Assembly (NCBI GenBank): GCA_010909165.1
Contig: VJWM01000197.1
Coordinates: forward strand, 124,001-188,000
Length of the DNA: 64,000 bases
Direction of reading: 5' to 3'
From: Anthoceros angustus
Taxonomy: Eukaryota; Plantae; Anthocerotophyta
Part shown: in pieces, positions 50,048-62,228 of the stretch
Position numbering within the stretch: the stretch's first letter is position 1
How the letters are laid out: every line of letters begins with the position of its first letter
Translations under genes and position numbers: made by a program
Notes under the pieces: model-generated
Seen by the model: only the letters and a program-made list of their open reading frames with translations
Databases searched by the model: none
Told to the model about the DNA's origin: nothing

Positions 50048-53000
50048 ATGGGCAAATATCCAACAGGCCCAGAGGCCTGTACTGCTGATCCGTCATGCCA
50101 TGTGCTAATCACCAGTGTGACAGACCCGGGTCCCTTGGTCTTATTGGCTTTCTGGTGTTTTGTAGTCTCAACCTGCAGTGCGTTCCAGCTTTACAAGCGA
50201 GCATACCTCAGGAGACGACCTGTGAAGGCGGTTGTTGTAACAGAATCCAGCTCCTATGTCTACACCGGGGTATCAGAAGATAAGACTGCGACTGCAGACA
50301 AAGGGTTGAAGAAGGCCTTGAACTCACCGAGTAATTCAGGGGGAGGCGAGGTTCATCTGGATGTTGAGCGTGATAAGGGATTACTCAAGTTCACCGGTTA
50401 TACATGGACACCTTTTGGAGAAGCTTGCTATTTTTTGTGCGTACTTACTTCTCTACACTGGATTGCCCTCTACTTGCTTGTGCTGGTCGACACTTATTAT
50501 GGGTGTGAGGTGGGCGGCATCGACAACTTATGCTTTTTTGGGAACAATGTGATATTTGGTACCTATGAATTGAATGGCAAGGTAAAGCTGGTAGATTATT
50601 TCCCCCCAAGCGCAGCTATGTCATGCTGCTCATGGCCTCGTGGAGAGGTGCTTCCATCTTTGACGTCCTGTTCTCTTGGGGCTGATTTTGGTTTCAGGTA
50701 TTCTTTGTGATATGGTGGCTGTCATCACTATGGTTCACACTTTGGGTGGTGAATAAGGGTAAAGTGCACAACTGGTTTCGAATGCCATGTGGGCTGTCTA
50801 AAGCAACCGTGGTTCATGTCTGGGCATTGGATCATCGAGAAATTCTGTCAGCTCACGTCTTCTTTCTTGTGCTTGTCGTCAGGAGAGTGAAGGTAATGAG
50901 AGCCCTCAGATTGCATTGTCTTTGTGTCAGTATTAGAGCCAAGGAATAACTTCTGAACTGGATAATATCCTCTGATTTCCTTCCCTGTTTGTGATCATGG
51001 GCTTTTCAGAACATTATTGTACCACCTGAGAGTAAAGGTTATTTTGAGACGATTGCCATCAAGCAAACTAAAGGGGGCCAGAGGTACTTCCTGTTTCAAG
51101 GACAGCGATATCTGGTCGATGGTGATACCCTTCAGCGTGCACACCTGTCTGTGGGGGAAACTTTAAGTGACTATATGCAGGTATCACCAAGTATCATGAA
51201 AATGCTGGAAAAGGCAGTTCAGAATGTAAGCACTTGACGAGGCTCTAGAGCTTAACACGATATGCTTTTGCAGGGGTCTGCTGGGCTTACAACAGAAGAA
51301 GCCAAACGTCGGTTGGAGCTACTAGGATTAAACGAGATTCCGTTTAAACCTGAATCTCTGACCTTCACGACATTTGACGAATTGTTCACCCTGTTCCATG
51401 TATATCAGCTAGTCATGTATATGTTGCAGTTCTGGAACAGCTACCTATTTGTTGCCTCGCTCATGACGTCCATTGTGCTACTTAGTGCTGCCATTACCAT
51501 CTACAGTCGCCGTCGAAGTCAGTTAGCCATTGCCAAGGTCAGACTTCAGTGCTATGAGCTGCCTCAAAAGAGGCGGAAACAACCCCCGGAATTTGGTGCT
51601 GACGCTTTACAATGTTTGCAGATCACCAAACATGTCACAGATGCTGATGTTTTCCGTGACAGCACCTGGAAGAAAATCAGCTCAGCACATCTAGTCCCAG
51701 GAGATGTTTTGAGAGTGAAGAGTGATTGGATCCTACCGTGCGACCTGCTCATTCTAAAAGGTGAGCCCTTCTCAACAGGCGCTCACATCCTAAAGACGCA
51801 TCCTAAAAACAAAAAACATTTTGCTTGTTCACTAAGTGTGCTGCTTAACTGTATTCAAGGTTCTTGTGTCTGCAATGAGAGCATGCTCACTGGTGAGGCT
51901 ATGCCTGTACAAAAGTACTTTTCTTCCAACACAGCCGCTGGATACCAACCTGATAGCTATCATGCACGATTTACACTTTTCTCTGGTACCACTGTGCTTC
52001 AGGCTGGCAAGGGCCATGAGGAAGTAACAGCAATAGTCACAGCCACAGGTATGTTGTCCTTATGAAAGTTCTTGGGGAATGCATGTGTTTGGTCCACCTG
52101 TATGGTTTCACTTAACATGGGTTGCATGGACCAGGAATGGCAACTTCAAAAGGTAAGCTACTATCCAGCATACTGTATCCAGAGGAGATGGTTTTCAAGT
52201 ACGATGAGGAACTCCCGATTGTGGTGCTACTGTTGCTATCGTATGCAATAGTCTGCTTCATCATTGCCCTGATTTTTCAGGTATACTGATTGGAATTCTA
52301 TCTGCAATTAATCGTAGTTCAAACAAGATTGCTGTTCCCAAAACCACAATCCCCTAGTGTTGGTGTGTTCTGCAGAGTCCTAAATAAGATCCCAATTCGG
52401 ACTGCTGCAGAACAATACTGGGGCTCAGAGCATCTGGGTGACAAAGTGGATATACTGCATGGCAATAATAAATCAGATAATGTCGCCATTGCTACCTGTT
52501 GCTCTTGAAGTTGGTCAACTCCATGCTGTCGAACGCCTGAAGGCATGATGCTTACTCTGAAGTTATTGCCACGAATAGTTGCTTACTTCATCAGCAACAA
52601 TGCTAGACATGACCTCTCAGCTCGGGAATGCTTTCTGCAGGCCAGGGGCATATTTTGTCTAAACCCAAAGCGCATAGCCATTGCTGGCAAGATTCGCCTA
52701 TTCTGTTTCGATAAAACAGGCACTTTAACTGAAGAAGGACTTGACTTTTTAGGTGTTCAGAGCGTTCTCAGCACTGGACAAAATGGGCCTCTATTTGGTC
52801 CCATAGTGGGCCCTCAGAACGGCGATCGTGTCGAAGACTTGACTTTGTATGGTTTGGCAACTTGCCATACTGTTTCCAAATTTGGCGAAGAGTTCGTAGG
52901 GAATCAAGTTGAGGTTAGTGTTCTCAAGAGCAATAAAGCAGGTAGTTGGAGTGTGTTCGTTGGTAAGTTTTCTGATAAACTTGTGACACAGGTCAAAATG

Positions 53001-55812
53001 TTCTCTGCAATTGGCTGGGAGCTAGTGGAAGGTGAGTCTCAGCCACCACTTGTACGGAGCAAGAAAGGTGAGGAGCTGCACATGGTCAAGCGCAATGAAT
53101 TTGAACACTCTAGAACAACAATGAGTGTCATCGTCCGGGATAAGGATGGCAACTTCCATATATACTGCAAGGTGAGAGTTTACTTTACCGTTTGTTTGGA
53201 CTCTTCATAGTTGTCGGGTGTATCCTTACATGCTCAGGCCACAACAGGGTGCGTTTGAAAAGATCAAGGACTTGAGCAATGACAACAGCATTCCCCATGA
53301 CTATTTGAAACGAGCTCGAGCTCATGCTCTTGATGGCTGCTATGTGCTTGGTCTTGCTTACAGGCAGGTGACGTTGCATAGTATTATCTGAAGTTTCTGA
53401 GGGGCGTTGAACCTCCTCTCTGATACTGTACAAAATTATCTGCAGAAAACTTCCTTCAAATCTGTCTTCGGTTGAAGTTGAAGCTCTATCAAGAGATGAA
53501 CTAGAAACGGAGTTACAGTTTTTAGCTCTCATACTCTTCCGGAATGAGCTGAAGCCAACCAGCCGTGCTACTATATCTTCATTGAAGGAGGGTGAGGTAG
53601 GTGCAGTGGGCGAAAATGTTAGATTACAGTTTTCTTTTGATTTTCTTAGTGAGGAAAGGTTTTCCTAGTTAATCCTTGTATATCTGTTGTCTTGGCGAAG
53701 GTTCGTTCTGTTATGGTCACAGGCGACAATGCTCAATGCGGAAAGTATATTGCTGGAGAATGTGGCATGATTTCTCCTAAGGTCAAAGTTCTACTCGGTG
53801 ATATCACGGAGTCTGACAGGTTATATAAAGCACGTCCATCAAGTTAATTTGCTCTCCTGCTTTGTCATTGCACTGTCTTCGTGTATGGCACATAACCGTG
53901 GGTTGTGAGGCAATTTGCAGTGTCAGTTGGTCTTCTATGAGTGATGAAGCTGAAATATCACTAAGTACTGAGGAGCTCTTAAACTACCACGTGAAAGGAA
54001 TGCGTGAAGGAGTTGTGGAGCTAGCTATTACGGGAAAAGCATTTGAACTCTTAACAAGATCAGAAGTGATGGATACGCTTCTCTTCTACACTCGTATATT
54101 TGCAAGGTTCACCCCTTCAAATAAAGTACGTTCCATCGCATTCCACTTCAATTTGGCAAGTATGAGTGTTGCCCAGAAGTCATGTGCTTTTCGGTTTCTT
54201 TTCAGGTGAAGGTGGCTAACATGCATAGGGATCGGGGCTTGATAGTTGGAATGTGTGGAGATGGTGGGAATGATTGTGGCGCATTGAAGGCAGCCCATGC
54301 CGGCGTAGCTCTCAGTGAAGCAGAGGCTTCTGTTGTCTCTCCGTTCACCTCTCGGGACAAATCAGTATGCATTAGTTGCTAAAATTCATTTTTGGGCGGT
54401 GATATGGTAAAGTTCACTGTCTAAGGCACAGTAAGGCTAAACTCCTTTCGTTCTGCAGGTTTCTGCAGTTGTAGCTTTACTTCGTGAGGGTCGGGGTGCA
54501 TTGCATACCTCTTTCGCCTGCTACAAGTATCTGATCACTTATGGGTTAATGTTCTCTGTCCTCAAGCTGTGTGCCTACTGGTAATAGGCCTACCTCGTTC
54601 TGATTTGCCTAGTAACAAGTGGTGGTAAGGTTCGTTGACATGGTTGATGATTGTTTACTGGGTAGGTATGGAATCATTCCTTGCCAGATGGATTATGTAT
54701 TTATTGATGGAGTGGCCGTTTTGAGCCTTTGTTACTGCATGACTCTGAGTTATCCAGAGGACAAACTGGCGAAGGTATCCTCCCTTGCTGCTTTTCCATG
54801 AACCTGGTGGGATAAAACACGTCGAGCGCTAGCAAACCTTATTCGGTCTGCTTTCAGGTGCGACCGACATCAAGTCTTCTGGGACCGATAAATGTTACAT
54901 CTGTTCTGGGAGTGTGGGTTATCAATCTCATCTTCCTCGTTGGAGCCCTCTCACTCATGAGTAGCCAACCTGATTATGTGAAGTGGCCAGCAGAGTAAGA
55001 TGACTGTCTAGCTACGAAGAAAGCATGTGATGAATTGGAACTTCGCTAACGACTTTTACGTATACATTGCAGAGAATCCCATTCTGCGAGTTGGTGGACT
55101 CTGGGTGACAACTGGGAGTCCACAGTGCTATTTTTCACCATGTACTTTCAATTCATTACAGCAGCATTCGTGTTCACATTCGGGGCGAGATTTCGCAAGA
55201 ACGTATTCACAAATTGGCTTCTCATTGTAAGTTCCCACTGCACTGGGTGTATGAAGCAAGTTTGTTTCTCGGGTACGAAATTGCTTGACTCGGTTGTTGA
55301 TGTGTACAGGTTACATACGGTAGCCTTATTGTGTTCATGTCCACTGTCCTGCTTCTTCCTCACAGTGGCTTCACTAGTTTGTGGCATGTCGGCAGTGAAG
55401 ATTTCAACAAGCCAAATTCCACATCCCCTGTGTGGATAGCGTACCAGGTTTGGCCCTGTAAACCATTCGGCTTTTTAGCACTGATGCACTGTGATAACCA
55501 ACCCTTGTCATCATATCTGATCAAGTTCGTGCTTCGAATGAACATAGGAGCGAGGGGGTGCACCATCTCCTGCCATGTCGTTTAAGCTGAGGTTCCATCT
55601 GTGGTGGTTAATTTGGTCAAATCTCGTCGCTCTCATTCTGTGGCAAAAGGTACCACTGCTCTGAACGTGTTCTTCCAGATCCAGCTTACGACGACGCTTA
55701 CAGCACTGATGTATGAAATGGCCCACGTTCGTTGCAGCTGGTTGCAGAAGGTCCTGTGGCAAAAGCTGTGGCACGCTGGCTCCCTTCCTCTCGCCCGGAG
55801 TTCCACTTGTAG
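50048..55812 (+). CDS. P5-type (P5B-like) P-type ATPase, multi-exon
   Basis: [38 protein letters not shown]4 SPLLP (52483-52497), [14 protein letters not shown] (D 52710), [40 protein letters not shown]. Last exon ends ...RPEFHL* at 55812. The 5' end may extend to about 49780. Confidence 0.92.
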
Positions 55813-56689
55813 GACTAGTGCCGCTAGAGCCGTTCTAGGGAGACACGCCAGAATTCTGAGCTTGTTCACCACAACAGATGAACAAAGCGTTTTTCATCGA
55901 CGATCAATGCAGTGTGCTTCTGTGATACTTAAGGCATGTCCCTGATGGAGGCCATCTCTAAAGAACATGGCTTGCAGTATTTGAGAGGACTCCCAAGTCC
56001 CGACATAGCTTCACCATCTATCATACTTTGAGCATGGGGCGGCAACCGCGAGATCGGTTTCTCGGCTAAGTTCACGGCCGCCTCTGCTTATGCTGCACGC
56101 TCACCAGCGGAGCCCCATCTTTCATAGCCCGTTGCTCTCGCCTCACGCACACTCCCTCCGCGGATCTCCTGTGTCCGGCATTTCCGTGCGCACAGCTGCA
56201 AGTTGAAAGCATCGCTTTTACACAGTTGTATGTAGTTACCCCCACCACGCCGAGGGGTGAGGGATCATGAAGAACTCCCCTATGACCATCAAGAACGTTG
56301 GCAGAAATCGGCCCCTCCACGTTAAGCAGGCGCCTTCCCTGAGGAGATTGTTGCTGCCACGCTACGGGCGATGCCATGTGGAAGACGAGGTTGTGCTGGT
56401 GGTGGATGCCTCTACCCTGAATTCCAGACATTTTAGGTATTCCGGGCTGCCTCAAGCGAGGTTGTGGTCTTCGAATGCCCGCAGAGATGACGATTCTGGA
56501 GGGGCTGAGGCATCCGGCAAGGAGGAGGGCTTTGAGGAGAATGGCCTTAAGGACGAGGGCTCTGAGGAGATTGGGGTTTGCTCCAGGTGGCGGGGAAGTA
56601 TCCTGGAGAAAACCCCAATCTCGTCAGAGCCATCTCCAAAGCGTTAATTAGGAGCGTTCGAAGGAGGCCCCCATGGAAGGTGGGACGTA

Positions 56690-56797
56690 TCTCTGGTGGT
56701 CACGAAGAATCTGCGCATGTGCAATGACTGCCACAGTTCCACCGAGATCATTTCAAGGGTTGAAAGAGACATTATTGTAAGGGATGGGTCGGCCTAA
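56690..56797 (+). pseudogene. Isolated DYW-domain fragment
   Basis: Translates [33 protein letters not shown], near-identical to [33 protein letters not shown] of the PPR gene at 12.2 kb; no PPR repeats upstream. Confidence 0.8.
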
Positions 56798-56975
56798 CCC
56801 CGTGAGCGAGAGCTGTGCACTACTGCTACACTAGCACCCAGATAGATCCATACACTCCCGTCAGCAAAACCCCGAGATGACGTTAGCCAGGAAGCATAGC
56901 ACGTTGAGATAATAGGTAGTGGTTGAAGGATGAGAACTGAGGCCCAATTGTTCGACTGCTACTTTTGAGAAGATG

Positions 56976-59165
56976 TCAGAAATACAAGGGCAAAGTTCCA
57001 TTGATTGCATATCTGCAAGTTGGGCATGTTCCACTCGTCCTGCGATGCTCAGCCAAACAAACGTCACAATACTGACCATGAAGGCATGGCAGGATCACCA
57101 CATTCCGACGTCTGTCCTGACAGATGTGACATAATATCTGCGTCTCAATGCTCTGTTTCTCCGATTCAATCCTGTCCATCGCCACTTCTAGCGTGTGCAC
57201 TTGAGCCCGGAAAGCCAAGTTCTCAGCCTCTAGTTTTAGCATGTTCTCCTTCAAGGTGCGTGCAGAACCCTTAGCCTCGATCATCTCCCCCATCAATCTT
57301 TGCACCTCTCTCTCATACTCCCGCTTCCGTATCCGTACGGAAGATTTGCCCGCTCCCATCTCCGCTTGCAATTCTTGGAGAGAATTATCTGTCTCCGATT
57401 CGGTTACAGCATGCGCTATTTCCGTCTCTGACTGCCTTTGCCGCAATCTCCTAGACTCAAACACCATCACTGCCTCCATGACAAGTTTCGAATGTCGAAC
57501 GCTGTGGGCATGCATTTCCATGATGAAATCTACAAGACCTTGTGACGCATCAACACTCCCGATAGCTTCGAGACAAGCCTTGTTGATATTTTCGACACAA
57601 GACCTGAAATTTTCATTGATCTCGGATAACCGCTTCTGAACAACTCGGTCCAAGGGAGTCCGATCATGAGGCTCGTCCGACCATGGTCTCTGGAGCTCCA
57701 ACTCGTAGGCCCTGGTACGGGACAATTGCAAGGCAGGGGATAAGCCGAACGTAACAGCTCCTTGGCACATTGTGCCGCAGGGATAGCGCGGGATCTTCAT
57801 GCCGTCACCAAACCTGCTTCCGAAGGCTGCGCTTATCCTCGCCCCCAGGTACTTGGGAACCGAGTACTCACCGATCAGGGACAGTCCCTTCACGTCTGGC
57901 CTTAGGTGCTCTTCGATCAGGTTGATGATTCTGTCTGCCACTGGAGCGCATATCTGCTCCCAGTCCACATGAATTCCCCCAGGTATGAGATCCTCCACAT
58001 CACCACGGTCCCGGTCGTATTCCTTCCAAGCTGTCTGCAGCATTTCAGGGAACTTGAACCAGTTTTTGTTCGGGATCAAGTCCAAGTGAAAACAAAAGCT
58101 GCGCCATTCCTTCCGCAGTTTCGTCCTGATGGCAGGGTTCTGCCTCTCCAGCTCATGGAAGCAGCCAATCCTTGCCCGCACCATGTTGTAGAACTTGTGG
58201 TCCACGTCATTGAGACAACAACCGCTGGCGACGGTACGCCCTTCCACAAGAAGGAAGCCCCCTTCACACTCCTTCAAAATGACAATGTTGGTAGCGTCGT
58301 TCCGAACATCTACCATCAACACCTCAGATCCTCCCTCCAATCTGAATCCGGTAAAGCAATGCAGGGCTGCGGCTTCCCACTCCAGAACAAAGGACAGAGG
58401 ATGCGGACTTGCCAGTGCTGCAGCTTCTGGCGGGCAAAAGGGGCCTGCCACCATGCCCGCTCTCTCCACGCACTCGCGCAAGGTCTGTAGTGCGGAATCA
58501 TCCCAAATGCTGGGCACAGTGAGGCACCACTGGATGTCCCCCTTGGTTACGTCATGGCCAGTGGCGTTCACACAACCAAGGGCAAAGTTAGAGAGCTCGG
58601 TGAAATAGTCAGTGATAACGGTGACCAGTGACAGATCGTGGGGAATGTCCCCTAGCCCTGCATTTGCGCTCCTTCGCTCTCCCTGCCACCACCCCTGGGC
58701 CGGCGCCTTGCCTGAGCTAAGATGCCCCCAAAAATTGGCCACATACACGCCTTTGCTTACTTCCGACGTCGACCCTGCTGCCAAGTCCTTTTCATGACGC
58801 ATGTCCGCGTCGAAGCCCCATTCTGAAACCTTATATTCCTCCGTGAGGGAGCCTGTTTCCGTTTCCTTCACATAGTACAGACTCATGGGCATTGCCCAAT
58901 ATGAAAGCTTCACATCCCCGTGCAAGCCGCAAGAGAAGGAACAGCGTTCATCACCGAAATGAATGCCTACTACTCTCAGCTCCGCCATTCGGAAATGGTC
59001 CACAGTCCCCTCGTGCACCGGCCGTCCTCTGCTACTTGTGTTGAAATGACCAGCTTGCCTCCTCAAAATCTGCTGGGGGCTGGTGCACATGTACACCAGA
59101 ATCTCATCGTACGTACTGTAGAGGGAGGGCCGCGGCCAGAGGAAAGGAGAGGACGCATTCAACAT
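56976..59165 (-). CDS. HSPA12-like Hsp70/actin-fold domain, coiled coil, C-terminal C3HC4 RING finger
   Basis: Intronless 729-aa ORF (alternative start M60 at 58988). IQWCLTVPSIWDDSA, FVLEWEAAALHC, LSLIGEYSVPKYL and GAVTFGL match HSPA12-type signatures. Heptad-rich ELQAEM...LEAENLAFRAQV. CHICQDRRRNVVILPCLHGQYCDVC...CPTCR. Confidence 0.85.
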   Translation of the reverse strand: MLNASSPFLWPRPSLYSTYDEILVYMCTSPQQILRRQAGHFNTSSRGRPVHEGTVDHFRMAELRVVGIHFGDERCSFSCGLHGDVKLSYWAMPMSLYYVKETETGSLTEEYKVSEWGFDADMRHEKDLAAGSTSEVSKGVYVANFWGHLSSGKAPAQGWWQGERRSANAGLGDIPHDLSLVTVITDYFTELSNFALGCVNATGHDVTKGDIQWCLTVPSIWDDSALQTLRECVERAGMVAGPFCPPEAAALASPHPLSFVLEWEAAALHCFTGFRLEGGSEVLMVDVRNDATNIVILKECEGGFLLVEGRTVASGCCLNDVDHKFYNMVRARIGCFHELERQNPAIRTKLRKEWRSFCFHLDLIPNKNWFKFPEMLQTAWKEYDRDRGDVEDLIPGGIHVDWEQICAPVADRIINLIEEHLRPDVKGLSLIGEYSVPKYLGARISAAFGSRFGDGMKIPRYPCGTMCQGAVTFGLSPALQLSRTRAYELELQRPWSDEPHDRTPLDRVVQKRLSEINENFRSCVENINKACLEAIGSVDASQGLVDFIMEMHAHSVRHSKLVMEAVMVFESRRLRQRQSETEIAHAVTESETDNSLQELQAEMGAGKSSVRIRKREYEREVQRLMGEMIEAKGSARTLKENMLKLEAENLAFRAQVHTLEVAMDRIESEKQSIETQILCHICQDRRRNVVILPCLHGQYCDVCLAEHRRTSGTCPTCRYAINGTLPLYF

Positions 59166-59268
59166 CTTCTTGCTCTAAGAATGGCGAATAGGGACCCACA
59201 TCTGCCTACAGGAGCCGGCTCTTGCTCATCACTTCGAGTCCAAGTTGCCCATCCCGTGGAACTCACAC

Positions 59269-59370
59269 AAGCTCGCCAATTCATGGAGAAAAATGTCCTA
59301 AAAAGCTCGCCAATTCATGGAGAAAAATGTCCTAAAAAGCTCGCCAATTCATGGAGAAAAATGTCCTAAA
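59269..59370. repeat. 34-bp tandem repeat x3 upstream of the RING gene
   Basis: AAGCTCGCCAATTCATGGAGAAAAATGTCCTAAA repeated three times. Confidence 0.9.
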
Positions 59371-60118
59371 ATTAATTTTATTGGGTGTTGATTGTATATC
59401 TATACAAAGAACGGACGTAGAATGAATATGCGACCATCAAGTTCTTAGTCTAACCGCTCTTCCAACTAAAAACAAGAACTTTATTTAAGTCTGCTAACAA
59501 CTTTAACTAAGCTATCGCCACACGTGACCTTCAAATCTTGAGCCTAACTGGCTCTTCCAATCACGGTTCAACCTTATCAAGGTACTTTTAAGAATTAATT
59601 ATTAAATTTAATATATGATATCATCCAATAGCATATAATTCACTCTCTTTATCTTTGAGTTTTATTCCATGATACATGAATTTATGTTATGTATGTAAGT
59701 TTTATATTTAATAATACCGAAGATAATTATATGTTGTATCAAAGTGATAAAGGTTATGTTATGTTAGGTAGAATATATTTGGCAAGAATATATTTATACA
59801 TTCAATAACATATAAATTGAACTTTTTTCTATGCAAAAGTTACATGGTGGAATTTTTAGGGTCAAAGGAAACTACCGAGGTCGAATGATAGTCACGATAT
59901 CTAGCATTTCATGCTAATCAGTCCTGGAAAATAAAACACTTCGGCTAGCGTGACCATAATCGGTTGAAACCTAGGCTGAGAGTTTAGGAACCTGGTGAGA
60001 GAGGATGTGGGGTGCTACACTTTCCCCATACCACCAACATCAGTACGAGGTCAATTTAGATTTTTTTGCAGAAATGTTTCCGGGGTAATTGCAAGGTTCT
60101 AGAAACTCGCCAGCACGA

Positions 60119-60230
60119 GATTGAGAAGAGATAGCTCAGCAGTCAAGCTTTGAGTCGAGAAGAGATAACTCATCAATCAAGCTGTGAGTCGAGAAGAGAC
60201 AGCTCAACAATCAAGCTCTAAGTCGAAGCG
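60119..60230. repeat. ~34-bp degenerate tandem repeat x3
   Basis: GAGAAGAGA(T/C)A(G/A)CTCA..A.TCAAGCT units. Confidence 0.75.
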
Positions 60231-60957
60231 CCAGCCATTGCACTTCTTGATCGGCTTCTAGAGCAACCAGGTGGGCCTGGTGACCAGAACTTACAATTAA
60301 TTGTCTGCCAAATCGACACGAAGAACACACGTCTTCAGTGAGCTCCAAAGATTATCGGAAGTGTATTACAGATGACAATGTAGCTTGGTTGAACAAGTTT
60401 AGACCAATGCTCTTATATTGCATTCAAGTCCGAGTCTTGAGCAGAGGGGTTGCACATCCAGAGAGAGGTCTCAATGAGGATGAGGGAGAGTGGTGAGACC
60501 TCTCTCTTGTACTCGGAAGGTGTGTCAGGCTTGTGTGGGAACGTACAGCAATGAAAACTTTAAGTAATATGCATAGGTACGTGCAATTGAGAATTAACGA
60601 AACACACCCTTGAAAATGGAAATTATGCACACCACGACCAAGCTGGTCTTTTGACTACGAGATGCCCCTCGTGAGGTGAGCAGCACAAGGTATGGTTGGC
60701 TGCACCCGACTCTTGAAAGCAGTCCCACTCTCGGATTGCAGCTTAAGGGAAAGAGAAGCAGTTTCGTACTCAGAAATTAGGGCATTCATCAATTTGATGG
60801 GTTTTGGTGAGGGCTATTCCAGCCAACATAGAATTAGGTCATCACGAAAACCTTATGTAAATGTGCAGCAATAATGATTAGAAAATTTGCAGCAATGTTG
60901 ATTGATGGGAAAATCATGTCATCGGCAAGCATCCGGTTTGGAAGAACTTGAAATTCG

Positions 60958-61942
60958 TGATGAAATATTGAACACAAGCTGTTCCTACCTTGCTGAGTGC
61001 TTCTTTCCCCAGTGAATTTAAACTATCCACCAATCCATCCATGTCTGTCCACCAGCTTTGCCCCGGCTGCCCAGCTATTGAGCCATGTGATCATACCAAA
61101 CTCTTCCTCGGTTCCATCCATGTCATCCACTTTGCCCGGCTGCCCAGCTATTGAGCCATGTGATCATACCAAACTCTTCCTCGGTTCCGTCCATGTTTGT
61201 CCACCAGCTTTGCCCCGACTGCCTAGCTTTTGAGCCATGTGATCATACCAAACTCTTCCTCGGTTCCATCCATGTCATCCACTTTGCCCCGCCTAGCTTT
61301 TGAGCCATGTGATCATACCAAACTCTTCCTCGGTTCCATCCATGTCTGTCCACCAGCTTTGCCCCGGCTGCCCAGCTATTGAGCCATGTGATCATACCAA
61401 ACTCTTCCTCGGTTCCTTCCATGTTTGTCCACCAGCTTTGCCCCGACTGCCCAGCTGTTGAGCCATGTGATCATACCAAACTCTTCCTCGGTTCCGTCCA
61501 TGTATGTCCACCGGCTTTGCCCCAACTGCCCAGCTGTTGAGCCATGTGATCATATCAAACTCTTCCTCGGTTCCGTCCATGTCTGTTCACCAGCTTTGCC
61601 CCGACGGCCCAGCTGTTAAGCCATTTGATCATACCAAAGTCTTCCTCCGTTCCGCCCATGTCTGTCCACCAGCTTTGCCCTGACTGCCCAGCCATTGAGC
61701 CATGTGATCATACCAAACTCTTCCTCGGTATAACCCAATGCTAGGAAGAAGCTCTTGATCACAAACAACTTCCAGTAGCCAAAGTGATGACAACAAGTGC
61801 CAACTCCAACTCGACATAGAACTAGAACAAAAACTTTGCTCAAGAACAATATCTCAAATACCTCTTGCTCATGGTGTTTGTCTGCATAGGGTTCTCCTTT
61901 GCTAGGGTGTTCCTCAAATTCCATGTTAGGTGTTCTTCAACA
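60958..61942. mobile_element. Possible solo LTR containing a ~65-75-bp minisatellite (about 10 copies, 61036-61730)
   Basis: Termini TGATGAAA...CTTCAACA (imperfect inverted TG..CA) but no TSD. Unit GAGCCATGTGATCATACCAAACTCTTCCTCGGTTCC...CCAGCTTTGCCCC. The minisatellite is certain; the LTR call is tentative. Confidence 0.45.
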
Positions 61943-62228
61943 TGTCTTAGAGATCCTGTGAACCTTATAAGTTTTTTTTCCACATATTAAAGAGAATGAA
62001 ATAGTCTCTTATATTAAAAGAATTGTGATTTTCTATGTACTTATGTATGTATGTACTATACCTAGGTAACCTTGCTAAAACCTAGGTGTGTTTTGTTATC
62101 ATGCACTACCGGTTTACAAGTCAATTATGGTGGGGGTTTGGTCATTACCGATGGCAGGTATATGATTTTGTGCACTGCATTGTTGTTTGCAGTGTGATGC
62201 GGGCGGTGTGGGAGATTTGGGTAGGAAT

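Noticed and set aside
54775-54857. U12-type intron (GTATCCTC donor) in the P5 ATPase
   Set aside because: The donor deviates from RTATCCTT and there is no TCCTTAAC-like branch point.
57241-58608. + strand ORFs overlapping the HSPA12-like/RING gene (and the 302-aa minus ORF at 62114-63022 opposite ZRSR2)
   Set aside because: Antisense shadows of GC-rich coding sequence.
61036-61730. CRISPR-like array (also considered for 27979-28152 and 59269-59370)
   Set aside because: The intervening sequences are variants of each other rather than unique spacers, there are no cas genes, and the context is eukaryotic.
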